Position numbers and translations under genes: made by a program | Virus record (IMG/VR): IMGVR_UViG_3300009161_003648 | Coordinates: 1-64,000 of that record | From: a virus | Taxonomy: Duplodnaviria > Caudoviricetes | Reading direction: 5' to 3' (one strand) | DNA length: 64,000 nt | In this document: positions 11,382-19,725 of the stretch, in pieces | Position numbering within the stretch: the stretch's first letter is position 1 | How the letters are laid out: the number at the start of each line of letters is the position of its first letter | Notes under the pieces: model-generated | The model's input: only the letters and a program-made list of their open reading frames with translations | What the model was told of the DNA's origin: nothing | Database searches by the model: none

Positions 11382-14300
11382 TTAAAAGTTCCATTCATCA
11401 TCTTCCATTTCATTTGTTTCTGCTTTTAGACTATCCATTAACATTTTAATATAATCAACTTCAACAACTGGCTCAGCATTAGACGTAATACTCTTTGTCT
11501 CAATCTCAAAATGAATTTTTTCAAGCTCTGGAATAAATTCATCGGTAACATCAACATCTTCATTATCATCGTCATCTTCTTCCTCTTCATCATCTTCTTC
11601 TGTTTCTTTCCTTTGTTTAACAGGTTTTAAGTTTAGTTTTGCTTCTATTGAGGTTATATTTTCTTTTAATGAAAGGATATCATCATTTGATAATTGCTCA
11701 CCGCCCTCTTCTATTTTTATATCCTGCTCTGATTTATATTCTAACCATAATTCATATCTATCATCAGACTGTTTATTGGTATCTTTATACCAGTAACTTC
11801 TTTCAAGTGCTTCGTTCTCATATTTAAACATATCATTAACATGATATAATTGAACACCCCATTTCCTAGAAATAAAATAACCGTTCTCGTTAACTGTTGC
11901 AATTATCAAGATTTCTTTTGGTAGAATTAATTTTTCTGTTACATCATCTAACTCATCAATTTCCATTTGTTTAAATATACTATCTAATCTACCTAACTCA
12001 AATTTTATTCCGTTTTCTCGTTCAATAATCATTCGTTGACGATAATCATCCCTAATTGTATACCAAACATTATCATCCATGTTATTTGGTACCTTATTAA
12101 CAGAATCCCAGAACCTTATTTCCTTGTCTTCCATTGTCATAAGTTCTTCGTATGTATCTTGGTCTGTTGGTTTATTTGGCATACCCGATACGAGCACACA
12201 TTGTTCTTCAGTGAATACATTTTTATCTGTTAACTTTTCGAGTTTAGTTTTTTTATCTTTTTTAATAGTTAACAATATTTTTTCTCTGATATCAGAATGA
12301 AAACAAACTAATAGGGGTTTTACCTTTTTATTAAATGATTCCAAATATTTTGAAACGTTATACTCATCAGTTAATAGCCCCGATTCAATCAATTCAATTT
12401 GAGAATTTATTTCATTTATCTTATCTTCATCAGTTACATCAACCAATATCTTTTTTAATGTTTCAATCTCCTTAACCATTTCTAAATTCGAATCAACAAC
12501 TAACTGGTCAATTAACTGACAATTAATTTGTATTTCTGTTTCAAATTTAGGGTGATGACCATGAGTATTAAAATATGTTTCCAACTCTTTCTTGGTCATC
12601 TTAGCCCTATTCAATGTCTTTATATCACCTTGTGTTTTACCCTTACCTGTATTAACATAATATATCGTATCACCAAGATTAACATTTAAACCGTGTTTAA
12701 CAGCTAGCTCCATATGCGCTTGTTTAGGCATTGGATTACCAGCTTTGTTTTTCTTATTTGCTTTAGCTTTATATTCTGAAATAGAACATTTAACTTTTGA
12801 TTTAGATGCAATCTTAACTAACGGTATATTGTAGTTATAAATTTTATCTACATAGTCATGGTAATGGGTGATGAATTCTTTACCTCTGCCATCAAGTAAC
12901 ATTCTAATTGCTTTATCTAAAAAATCTTCGATATAAACAGGCATCTTTTTAGATTTAATAGAGTTACCTACAAATTTAATTTTACCGCCAATATCATTTG
13001 CATAATTCTTTCTAGAGAAGTTGATAGTTGAATTACAGATATCATCAATATCCAAACCCATTCTACCAATCATATAGTTTTCGTTAAACTCAGCCAACAC
13101 CGCCTCTAATCCAACCAATTCAACACCAGCATTTTTTTCTGTTTTCCAATGCGAACCTATAGCTAAATATTTAATATCGTTAATATTATCAGGGAACGCA
13201 AAGTTGAAACCGTCCGTATCACCAACAAGTGCTTTAAAACCGTACTTCTCACTAAAATGCTTTACCATTAATCTAAGATATTGACGTCCACGACAAGTAG
13301 TTTCTTCAGCACAATTAGATTCTCCCCAATTAAAAATATATGGTGCACCATACGCACCAAACCAAGAGTTTGCAAGTATCTTTAGTGGTAACTGCTTTTT
13401 ATCATAAAGATTAGCAAGTGTTTTATTTTTTTTCTTTTCTTCTTTTAATACTTTTAATTCTTCTTTACTAATAGTTGAATCTTTTTCAACAATTTCTTTT
13501 TCAAAATTTTTCGCCAAGTACTTATGTTCACCAGTTAAGAATTTAAACTTATCACGAGTATCAACAATATATGTTAATAACCCTTCCATAACACCACTAA
13601 TATCCAAATCTGGAAAAATACCATGAGTTATCTCTGTCTTAGGATAAAGAGCTGCATAATCAAGCTTAACAACATTCCTAGCGTAACCCACTTCAAGTAA
13701 CCTAGAAAGGCCACCCGTAAATTCTCTTTTTGGTTCTGTTTCTGGAATTGCTAATTCATTTTCATATGACCAAGCCGCCATGATTAATTTCCACTGACTA
13801 GCAGTACCCATAGTAGAACTTCTACTATATGTTGTAGGTAAAAGTTTAGAAATCAAAAACGCCGCCTGATTAAATATATTATCAATCTGCTCCGTTTCCC
13901 AAAGGTCATCCAATAGATATCTCTTAACAATATAGTCACCACCAACCTCTTCATACCCTTCTTTTAAAGGCATTCTATCGGATATCTTATAATAATCACC
14001 GTTAGTATCATTTAAGGCATATTTGCTTTCTTTATCAGACCATGTTGAATGTATTTTATCACCAGCAACATATACCCTGTTTGGTTTTGCAACGTCAGAA
14101 TATTTTGTAATGTACTTTAATCCCCAACTTTTAATGTCTGAGTTAATTGCTTGCGCTCTACGAACAGAATGAGCGATATCGATAATATTATAACCCCACA
14201 TGTAAGTTTGTTCAAAAGCTTCTTGTTCGTTACCAAGCTTAAGCATTGCTGGTTTTCTTTTTAATGGTGTTTCGCCATCTAGAGTTATAGCAATTGCATG

Positions 14301-15080
14301 TGTTGATATATTTAATCTATCACATCTATCAATAATAAATTTCCAATCAAAAGACTCTGAGTTATAACCGCTAATAATGTCGGGTTTAAGATGGTCGATA
14401 ATTTTAAAAAAAGTTTTTAAATTTTTTCTTTCTGAATCTCTTTTCTCCTGCGGTGTATCGCCAGTTGTTTCTAACACATATTCAAAACCTCTATTATCTT
14501 TCACACCTATTTGGAATATTGCGTTTTTAGACCCCAATAACCCCTCTGTCTCCAAGTCAAACTGAAAACGATGCAAGTCATTATAATCTTCCATACCCTT
14601 AAAGAGCCTGATACCTGACTGAATCATAAATTGTTCAACAGGCGAAAACATGAAAAATAGTTTTGAATATTTTTTATCAAAAACATCAATACCACCTTCT
14701 TTAAAAAATTGTATTAAATTATTATAAGAACCTTTACATTGAGCAATATATTTATATCCGTTTTCTAATCTTTGGGGTACATCACCATTATCGTGATGTG
14801 TTCTAAGAGCTTTTATTTTAATATTATGCTTTTCTCTAGCAGCAATAATTTTACTTCTCTTGCCCTCATACATTATTTCCGTAACATCATGCTTAAACCA
14901 TAAAAATGGTTGAAACTTATGTTTCTCTATTTTTTTACCTTCATCGGGGTCGTTTATAATAAGGTGTACAAATGGCTGATTGTAACTAGCTTCAATACTA
15001 ACAACGAATCTTTTAGGGTTACTACCATTCAAAAAACTTTCAATAACTTCAGGTTCTACCTTATTTTTATTCTCACTCAT
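11382..15080 (-). CDS. polB: DNA polymerase family B with 3'-5' exonuclease domain and long acidic C-terminal extension
   Basis: Exo motifs FDLETEG, GYNSESFD, YLLDD. Pol motifs KLDYAALYP, KILANSWFG, VGDTDG. Confidence 0.95.
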   Translation of the reverse strand: MSENKNKVEPEVIESFLNGSNPKRFVVSIEASYNQPFVHLIINDPDEGKKIEKHKFQPFLWFKHDVTEIMYEGKRSKIIAAREKHNIKIKALRTHHDNGDVPQRLENGYKYIAQCKGSYNNLIQFFKEGGIDVFDKKYSKLFFMFSPVEQFMIQSGIRLFKGMEDYNDLHRFQFDLETEGLLGSKNAIFQIGVKDNRGFEYVLETTGDTPQEKRDSERKNLKTFFKIIDHLKPDIISGYNSESFDWKFIIDRCDRLNISTHAIAITLDGETPLKRKPAMLKLGNEQEAFEQTYMWGYNIIDIAHSVRRAQAINSDIKSWGLKYITKYSDVAKPNRVYVAGDKIHSTWSDKESKYALNDTNGDYYKISDRMPLKEGYEEVGGDYIVKRYLLDDLWETEQIDNIFNQAAFLISKLLPTTYSRSSTMGTASQWKLIMAAWSYENELAIPETEPKREFTGGLSRLLEVGYARNVVKLDYAALYPKTEITHGIFPDLDISGVMEGLLTYIVDTRDKFKFLTGEHKYLAKNFEKEIVEKDSTISKEELKVLKEEKKKNKTLANLYDKKQLPLKILANSWFGAYGAPYIFNWGESNCAEETTCRGRQYLRLMVKHFSEKYGFKALVGDTDGFNFAFPDNINDIKYLAIGSHWKTEKNAGVELVGLEAVLAEFNENYMIGRMGLDIDDICNSTINFSRKNYANDIGGKIKFVGNSIKSKKMPVYIEDFLDKAIRMLLDGRGKEFITHYHDYVDKIYNYNIPLVKIASKSKVKCSISEYKAKANKKNKAGNPMPKQAHMELAVKHGLNVNLGDTIYYVNTGKGKTQGDIKTLNRAKMTKKELETYFNTHGHHPKFETEIQINCQLIDQLVVDSNLEMVKEIETLKKILVDVTDEDKINEINSQIELIESGLLTDEYNVSKYLESFNKKVKPLLVCFHSDIREKILLTIKKDKKTKLEKLTDKNVFTEEQCVLVSGMPNKPTDQDTYEELMTMEDKEIRFWDSVNKVPNNMDDNVWYTIRDDYRQRMIIERENGIKFELGRLDSIFKQMEIDELDDVTEKLILPKEILIIATVNENGYFISRKWGVQLYHVNDMFKYENEALERSYWYKDTNKQSDDRYELWLEYKSEQDIKIEEGGEQLSNDDILSLKENITSIEAKLNLKPVKQRKETEEDDEEEEDDDDNEDVDVTDEFIPELEKIHFEIETKSITSNAEPVVEVDYIKMLMDSLKAETNEMEDDEWNF

Positions 15081-15095
15081 TATAAAATATTTTTA

Positions 15096-15127
15096 CAAAT
15101 GTACAAAAGATTTTATTCCAAAACAAA
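15096..15127 (-). promoter_or_regulatory. Bacteroidota sigma70-type promoter (-33 TTTG / -7 TAnnTTTG) for polB
   Basis: Minus strand reads TTTG-N20-TACATTTG, 15 nt upstream of the ATG, matching the Bacteroidetes consensus TTTG-N19-21-TAnnTTTG. Confidence 0.75.
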
Positions 15128-15140
15128 TTATTTTGGTATA

Positions 15141-15169
15141 AAAAATTTGAGCCCTTATGTAGGGCTCAA
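15141..15169 (-). terminator. Intrinsic terminator downstream of the ArdC-like gene
   Basis: TTGAGCCCT-5 nt loop-AGGGCTCAA followed by ATTTTT on the minus strand. Confidence 0.8.
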
Positions 15170-15188
15170 CAAATATACGAAATATTTT

Positions 15189-16427
15189 TTAAAGATACAA
15201 ATCCAAGTCCTCATCAACTTGACTTGATGTACTATTTAATTTTGCGACCTTATCAATTTCATCAATAATAAATTTAGCCACATCAGAAATAACTTTTATA
15301 TTTGCTAAAATTTTTTCTTTATTGGCTTTCCATAATGCTAGATATGTTGTTTGATGGGTAACTGGTAACCCATAATGTTTCATTACGATATATGCAACAC
15401 TTTCAGCTTGCAGCTCTTTGATTGCGCTGTCATATTTAACTTCATCACCTTGATAATATATTGAGGACTTTTTCCAATGCATTAATTCATGCGCTAGTTC
15501 ATGAATAAGTGTTGATACTTCACCAGCCCCCTCAACTTCAGATGACATATTGATATGATTACCAGCGGAATATCCTTTCTCACCAGCTTTTGCATCACCC
15601 TTTGTTAATTTAACACCCATAGCATCAAGAATTTCTGATAAATACTTATATAATTCTTTTGTTCTTTCTGTTGGTTCACTATCTTGAAACCATTTTGGTG
15701 CTTCAGGAACATCACCTCTTTCGTCAATTGCTTCTGTATCAGAAATATCAAATACGTACACTGGCATAAATCTAACTGGCATGCCCTTTTTAACTTCGTT
15801 ATCTAATTGTGCGTCATTAACTTGAGTATCATCTTTTGCCGTTTTTGACATAACAGGTGCAAATATCATAATTCCTTTTGCCCCTTTTTTAACCCTTCTA
15901 AATTTCTTCTCCCATTGTCTAAAACCAGCAACTTTTTTTGCGTCTGGTTTTTGAATCCATATAAGTAATGTGTTATAAAAACTATGACCTCTAAACCCAG
16001 CAAAAAATGTAAGATACCTCTTAATTTCTGCTGACATTGCTTTTTCGTCGGTAGCATTTGCTAAATCTTGAACATACATATTAATTTTATCCATAAGATT
16101 TCCCTTACCTTTAAAATCTTCTGAATTGGAAATAAATTCTTCTAAATTTTCAAGCTTATCAATAAATTCACCTGACTTATTAATATCAGATAAAACTTTT
16201 TTAGCGTTTTCAAAATTATCCATATCTGTTACCCAAACTGGAGCTGGATAATTAGCGCTTGGCCCCCATTTAAAACCAGAAGCTTTAAGTGTTTCTTTAT
16301 TTCTAAATGTTTCTTGTGATGCTTTTTTAGCGTCAGCCTCATTTGACTGAACTACCAACATATTTTTTTCTTTATCGGCCTTAAGTATTAATGCTTCATC
16401 AAGCATTTGTTTAATTAAATCTTTCAT
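15189..16427 (-). CDS. ArdC-like ssDNA-binding domain + zincin (HExxH) metallopeptidase-like domain
   Basis: YSF.N-like HSFYNTLLIWIQ, VAGFRQWEK..RRVKKGAKGIMIFAP and VFDISDT (ArdC N-terminal pattern). Also LIHELAHELMH and ELQAESVAY (zincin). Confidence 0.85.
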   Translation of the reverse strand: MKDLIKQMLDEALILKADKEKNMLVVQSNEADAKKASQETFRNKETLKASGFKWGPSANYPAPVWVTDMDNFENAKKVLSDINKSGEFIDKLENLEEFISNSEDFKGKGNLMDKINMYVQDLANATDEKAMSAEIKRYLTFFAGFRGHSFYNTLLIWIQKPDAKKVAGFRQWEKKFRRVKKGAKGIMIFAPVMSKTAKDDTQVNDAQLDNEVKKGMPVRFMPVYVFDISDTEAIDERGDVPEAPKWFQDSEPTERTKELYKYLSEILDAMGVKLTKGDAKAGEKGYSAGNHINMSSEVEGAGEVSTLIHELAHELMHWKKSSIYYQGDEVKYDSAIKELQAESVAYIVMKHYGLPVTHQTTYLALWKANKEKILANIKVISDVAKFIIDEIDKVAKLNSTSSQVDEDLDLYL

Positions 16428-16430
16428 ACT

Positions 16431-16802
16431 TTATTTTTTTATACTTCCTTCTAGGACATTTATAAATAATTCATCTTTAATCGGAACGATTAATGTTCCA
16501 CTACCATCTAAAAATTCTATCGTAAAAGTACCAACATATCTTCCAGCTTTTTCAGTATCCCTTTCAGAAAACTGATAAACTAAATAATATTCTTCACCAA
16601 CACAATCAACGGGTATTACTAATTGAGTACCAGCGATTTTTCTACCGATTCTTTTAACACCTGTTGTTACATCAGACATGCTAAAATATATTATTGAATT
16701 TTGAATTTGTTCAAAAAATCTTCTGAAATCATTTCTACCATCTTGAATTAATTCAAGTTTTAGAATGGGTAATGTTGCGCCTTTGTTTATAAAAAATTCC
16801 AT
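16431..16802 (-). CDS. BppU N-terminal-like (Ig-fold) baseplate/structural protein
   Basis: IxKGATLPILKLEL ... YQF...DT..AGRYVGTFTIEF pattern typical of BppU_N-like domains. Confidence 0.6.
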   Translation of the reverse strand: MEFFINKGATLPILKLELIQDGRNDFRRFFEQIQNSIIYFSMSDVTTGVKRIGRKIAGTQLVIPVDCVGEEYYLVYQFSERDTEKAGRYVGTFTIEFLDGSGTLIVPIKDELFINVLEGSIKK

Positions 16803-16827
16803 TTTGTTATTATAAATATTTTAAATA

Positions 16828-19620
16828 TTATCCAAGTTTTTGCCAAGTTGCACCATCCCAACCCCACCATCCCTTAGATGTTATTGCACCGTCTGTGGAT
16901 GTAGCATATATTAACAACCCTTCAGCTTTTGAACTTATTGCATTTGCTTGTACGCCTGTCATTCTAGGTGGTAAAAACCCTTTAGATGTTGATGTCAAAT
17001 CTAATATCGCACTATCATTTGGTTGATTGGTTCCAATACTCACAGCACCAGTTGCTGTTGCTGCACTATTTGGATTAAGGCTTGAATTTGCGTTAACACC
17101 AAATATTACACCACCTATGTTTATACGATTTGTTGAGGCAGGAGGAAGTGTAAGATTATAACCAATAATGATATTACCACTACCAATTGAACCTAAATTA
17201 TAGTCTCTGTTATCACCAGCCCTATAACCAAGCAATATTGATGTCGATGCACTAACCGAATTAATACCTGCTTGATAACCAATAAATGTTGAACCACTAG
17301 CACTTGTTGCGCCTTTACCAGTGTCCTCACCAATAAACAGTGAGTAACTAGCGTTAGTTGCACCACTACCAGCATTTCTACCTATAAATTGAGAACTACT
17401 TGCACCCGAAGATGCTTGTCCAGCAGCAGTACCAGCAAAAAATGAATAATCTGCGCTTGTTGCGGCTCTACCTGCATTGCTACCAATAAATTGAGCATTA
17501 CTAGCCGATGTTGCTTGATAACCAGCTAATGAACCAATCATAATTGAACTACTTGAATTGGTTCCGCCTAACCCAGCAGCTCCACCAATAAATATTGAAT
17601 TATTTGCACTAGCAGCATTAGAACCCGCCCCATCACCCATAAAAATTGAACTACTTGCATTAGTGGATTGGTAACCAGCTTGGTTACCAAAAAAGAATGA
17701 ACCATTAGCATTTATAGCACCATATCCAGCCCTATCACCAATAAATGTTGAACCAGAGGCATTAGTTGCTGACGTACCAGCACTTAAACCAAAAACAAAC
17801 ATAGATGCGGATAAAGCTTTAGCGCCACTACCAAAAGCTATAGAACCAGTACCCGTTGCTAAAGGTCTAGTTTCAGGTGGTGTATTATTTTCATCGTACC
17901 AGTAAAGTGTTGTATCACCACTGGAAATAACGCCGATATCACCGATGTTTCTAAATGAAACATTTCCGTTAGATTCTCTTGTTAATAACTGAGTAGCTGT
18001 AGCACCACTAGAAATACCAGACAATGTAACATTACCACCAAAATATGTTGTACCTGTTTCAACCTTTAATGCGTAGCTAGTTAAGCCTGTTACGTTTGTA
18101 CCAGCAATTGGTGCACCTGCAATATAAACGTTTGTTAGGGCACTATATGTTTTACCTGTTAAAGCTGTAAACGTTGGTATTGCAAAACTACTAGCAACTG
18201 TTTCACTTGTAGCGGTAGGTGTTAGTGTTGAATCAGTATAACTAGTTGCTAATACCCTAGTAGCAATACCGTTAAGGCCCCAGTTGGTGGTGGTAATACC
18301 AGTATTATTTATAGATAGTGTTGAATTAAATGTTGCTGTGTGTGCCGAAACACCACCAGAAACACCAACAGTAGTAAATGATGCGTAGTTCGTTGGACCA
18401 TTACGCAATATTATTGATTTTGATTGCTCAAATGGTGTCGATAACCCAACTTGAAATATCAACCCACTATAAGGGGCAGATGGAGTTATTATATTTCCTC
18501 TACCACCGCCAAGCGTTATTTGTGATGCCCTAGTTATATCACTGTCATCAATTTGTAATATTCTAGTAGTAGTACCAGCGTCATATGTAAATGTTGGTGA
18601 ATGTGTTATAACGCCAGCGGAAGTAAAAAAGGGTATTGATTTATTAGTACCACTAAAATTAACTAACTCATTATTAGCATTGGTTGCAACTATTTTTGTT
18701 GTTGCCGATACAGCTGTTAATCCTTCTATTTTCACTGGATTAGTAGCTGCAGATACATGTAATTTACTTGTTGGGTTGGACACACCCATACCAACATTAC
18801 CACCACTCATTACAAGCGTATTTGGATTTGTTGAGGAACTAAAACTCAGTGTTTTACCACTCAAATCAACAATTCTATTAGTTTGTAAACTACCATTACC
18901 ATTATATATTGATGTAACACCTGTAATTGTTAAATTCTTTGATGGGTCTGTAAATGATAAGTTTATATCACCATTTACACTATTATATGTCGCAGCACTT
19001 GTGTATATATTTGTATATCCACTTGTAAAACCAGAAACCTGAAAAGTGTTACCACTATTTGTTGTAAACGTAACAATACCTGTTGTTGAACTATAAGTAC
19101 CACCAGTTACAGTCATATCACTAGCCAATATACTTAAACTTCTAGTTTGAGACCAACCATCATTTCTACTAATGGTCATATCAAAATTAGCTTGGTTAAA
19201 AGTAAAAGTATCTACATACTTGTCATTTGATGCTGTAAAAAAACCAGTAACATTAATTGTAGTATTATCGCTATTCTGAAGCGAAAGAACACCTAATGAA
19301 TTATCATATGTTGCAGCTGTAACGGAACCGCCACCACCACTGCCATCAGCCCCTGCTGGACCTGCTGGACCTGCTGGACCTGCTGGGCCATCCGCACCTG
19401 CTGGGCCTGATGGGCCAATAAAATTGTCTAGACTAACTGATAATATATCTCCGTTAATTCTATTTAAATTTAGTGTTGTTCCGTCTAAATTTACGTTATT
19501 TATATCTAAACCCTTTAGAAATATAAAATTATTATCAAGCTCAGCTTGACTTAAAACACTACCTTTTGTTTCGTCACCGTATGGACTTGTTTGAGTCCTT
19601 AATATTAGTTTATTTGACAT
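16828..19620 (-). CDS. Tail fibre/adhesin with short GPA collagen stretch and YadA-head-like 14-aa repeats
   Basis: N-terminal KGSVLSQAELDNNF fibre-attachment motif, GPAGPAGPAG stretch, repeated (S/F)xFIGxxAGxxA units, and C-terminal AILDLTSTSKGFLPPRMT. Confidence 0.8.
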   Translation of the reverse strand: MSNKLILRTQTSPYGDETKGSVLSQAELDNNFIFLKGLDINNVNLDGTTLNLNRINGDILSVSLDNFIGPSGPAGADGPAGPAGPAGPAGADGSGGGGSVTAATYDNSLGVLSLQNSDNTTINVTGFFTASNDKYVDTFTFNQANFDMTISRNDGWSQTRSLSILASDMTVTGGTYSSTTGIVTFTTNSGNTFQVSGFTSGYTNIYTSAATYNSVNGDINLSFTDPSKNLTITGVTSIYNGNGSLQTNRIVDLSGKTLSFSSSTNPNTLVMSGGNVGMGVSNPTSKLHVSAATNPVKIEGLTAVSATTKIVATNANNELVNFSGTNKSIPFFTSAGVITHSPTFTYDAGTTTRILQIDDSDITRASQITLGGGRGNIITPSAPYSGLIFQVGLSTPFEQSKSIILRNGPTNYASFTTVGVSGGVSAHTATFNSTLSINNTGITTTNWGLNGIATRVLATSYTDSTLTPTATSETVASSFAIPTFTALTGKTYSALTNVYIAGAPIAGTNVTGLTSYALKVETGTTYFGGNVTLSGISSGATATQLLTRESNGNVSFRNIGDIGVISSGDTTLYWYDENNTPPETRPLATGTGSIAFGSGAKALSASMFVFGLSAGTSATNASGSTFIGDRAGYGAINANGSFFFGNQAGYQSTNASSSIFMGDGAGSNAASANNSIFIGGAAGLGGTNSSSSIMIGSLAGYQATSASNAQFIGSNAGRAATSADYSFFAGTAAGQASSGASSSQFIGRNAGSGATNASYSLFIGEDTGKGATSASGSTFIGYQAGINSVSASTSILLGYRAGDNRDYNLGSIGSGNIIIGYNLTLPPASTNRINIGGVIFGVNANSSLNPNSAATATGAVSIGTNQPNDSAILDLTSTSKGFLPPRMTGVQANAISSKAEGLLIYATSTDGAITSKGWWGWDGATWQKLG

Positions 19621-19649
19621 ATTTGTTTTTTAGATACTATATTAATAAA

Positions 19650-19709
19650 AAATACCCAAATATAAATATTCACCAAAACCGTTTTGACAAATAAAATATT
19701 TGGGTATTT
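19650..19709. repeat. 14-bp perfect inverted repeat with 32-nt spacer (terminator or cruciform candidate)
   Basis: AAATACCCAAATAT (19650-19663) pairs with ATATTTGGGTATTT (19696-19709); inner CAAAAC-C-GTTTTG. Confidence 0.8.
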
Positions 19710-19725
19710 CTATTGTTGGTTAAAC

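Noticed and set aside
11382-15080. Intein or intron in the 1,232-aa PolB
   Set aside because: No intein N-terminal Cys/Ser block, terminal His-Asn or LAGLIDADG motif was seen. The extra length is C-terminal, not within the catalytic motifs.
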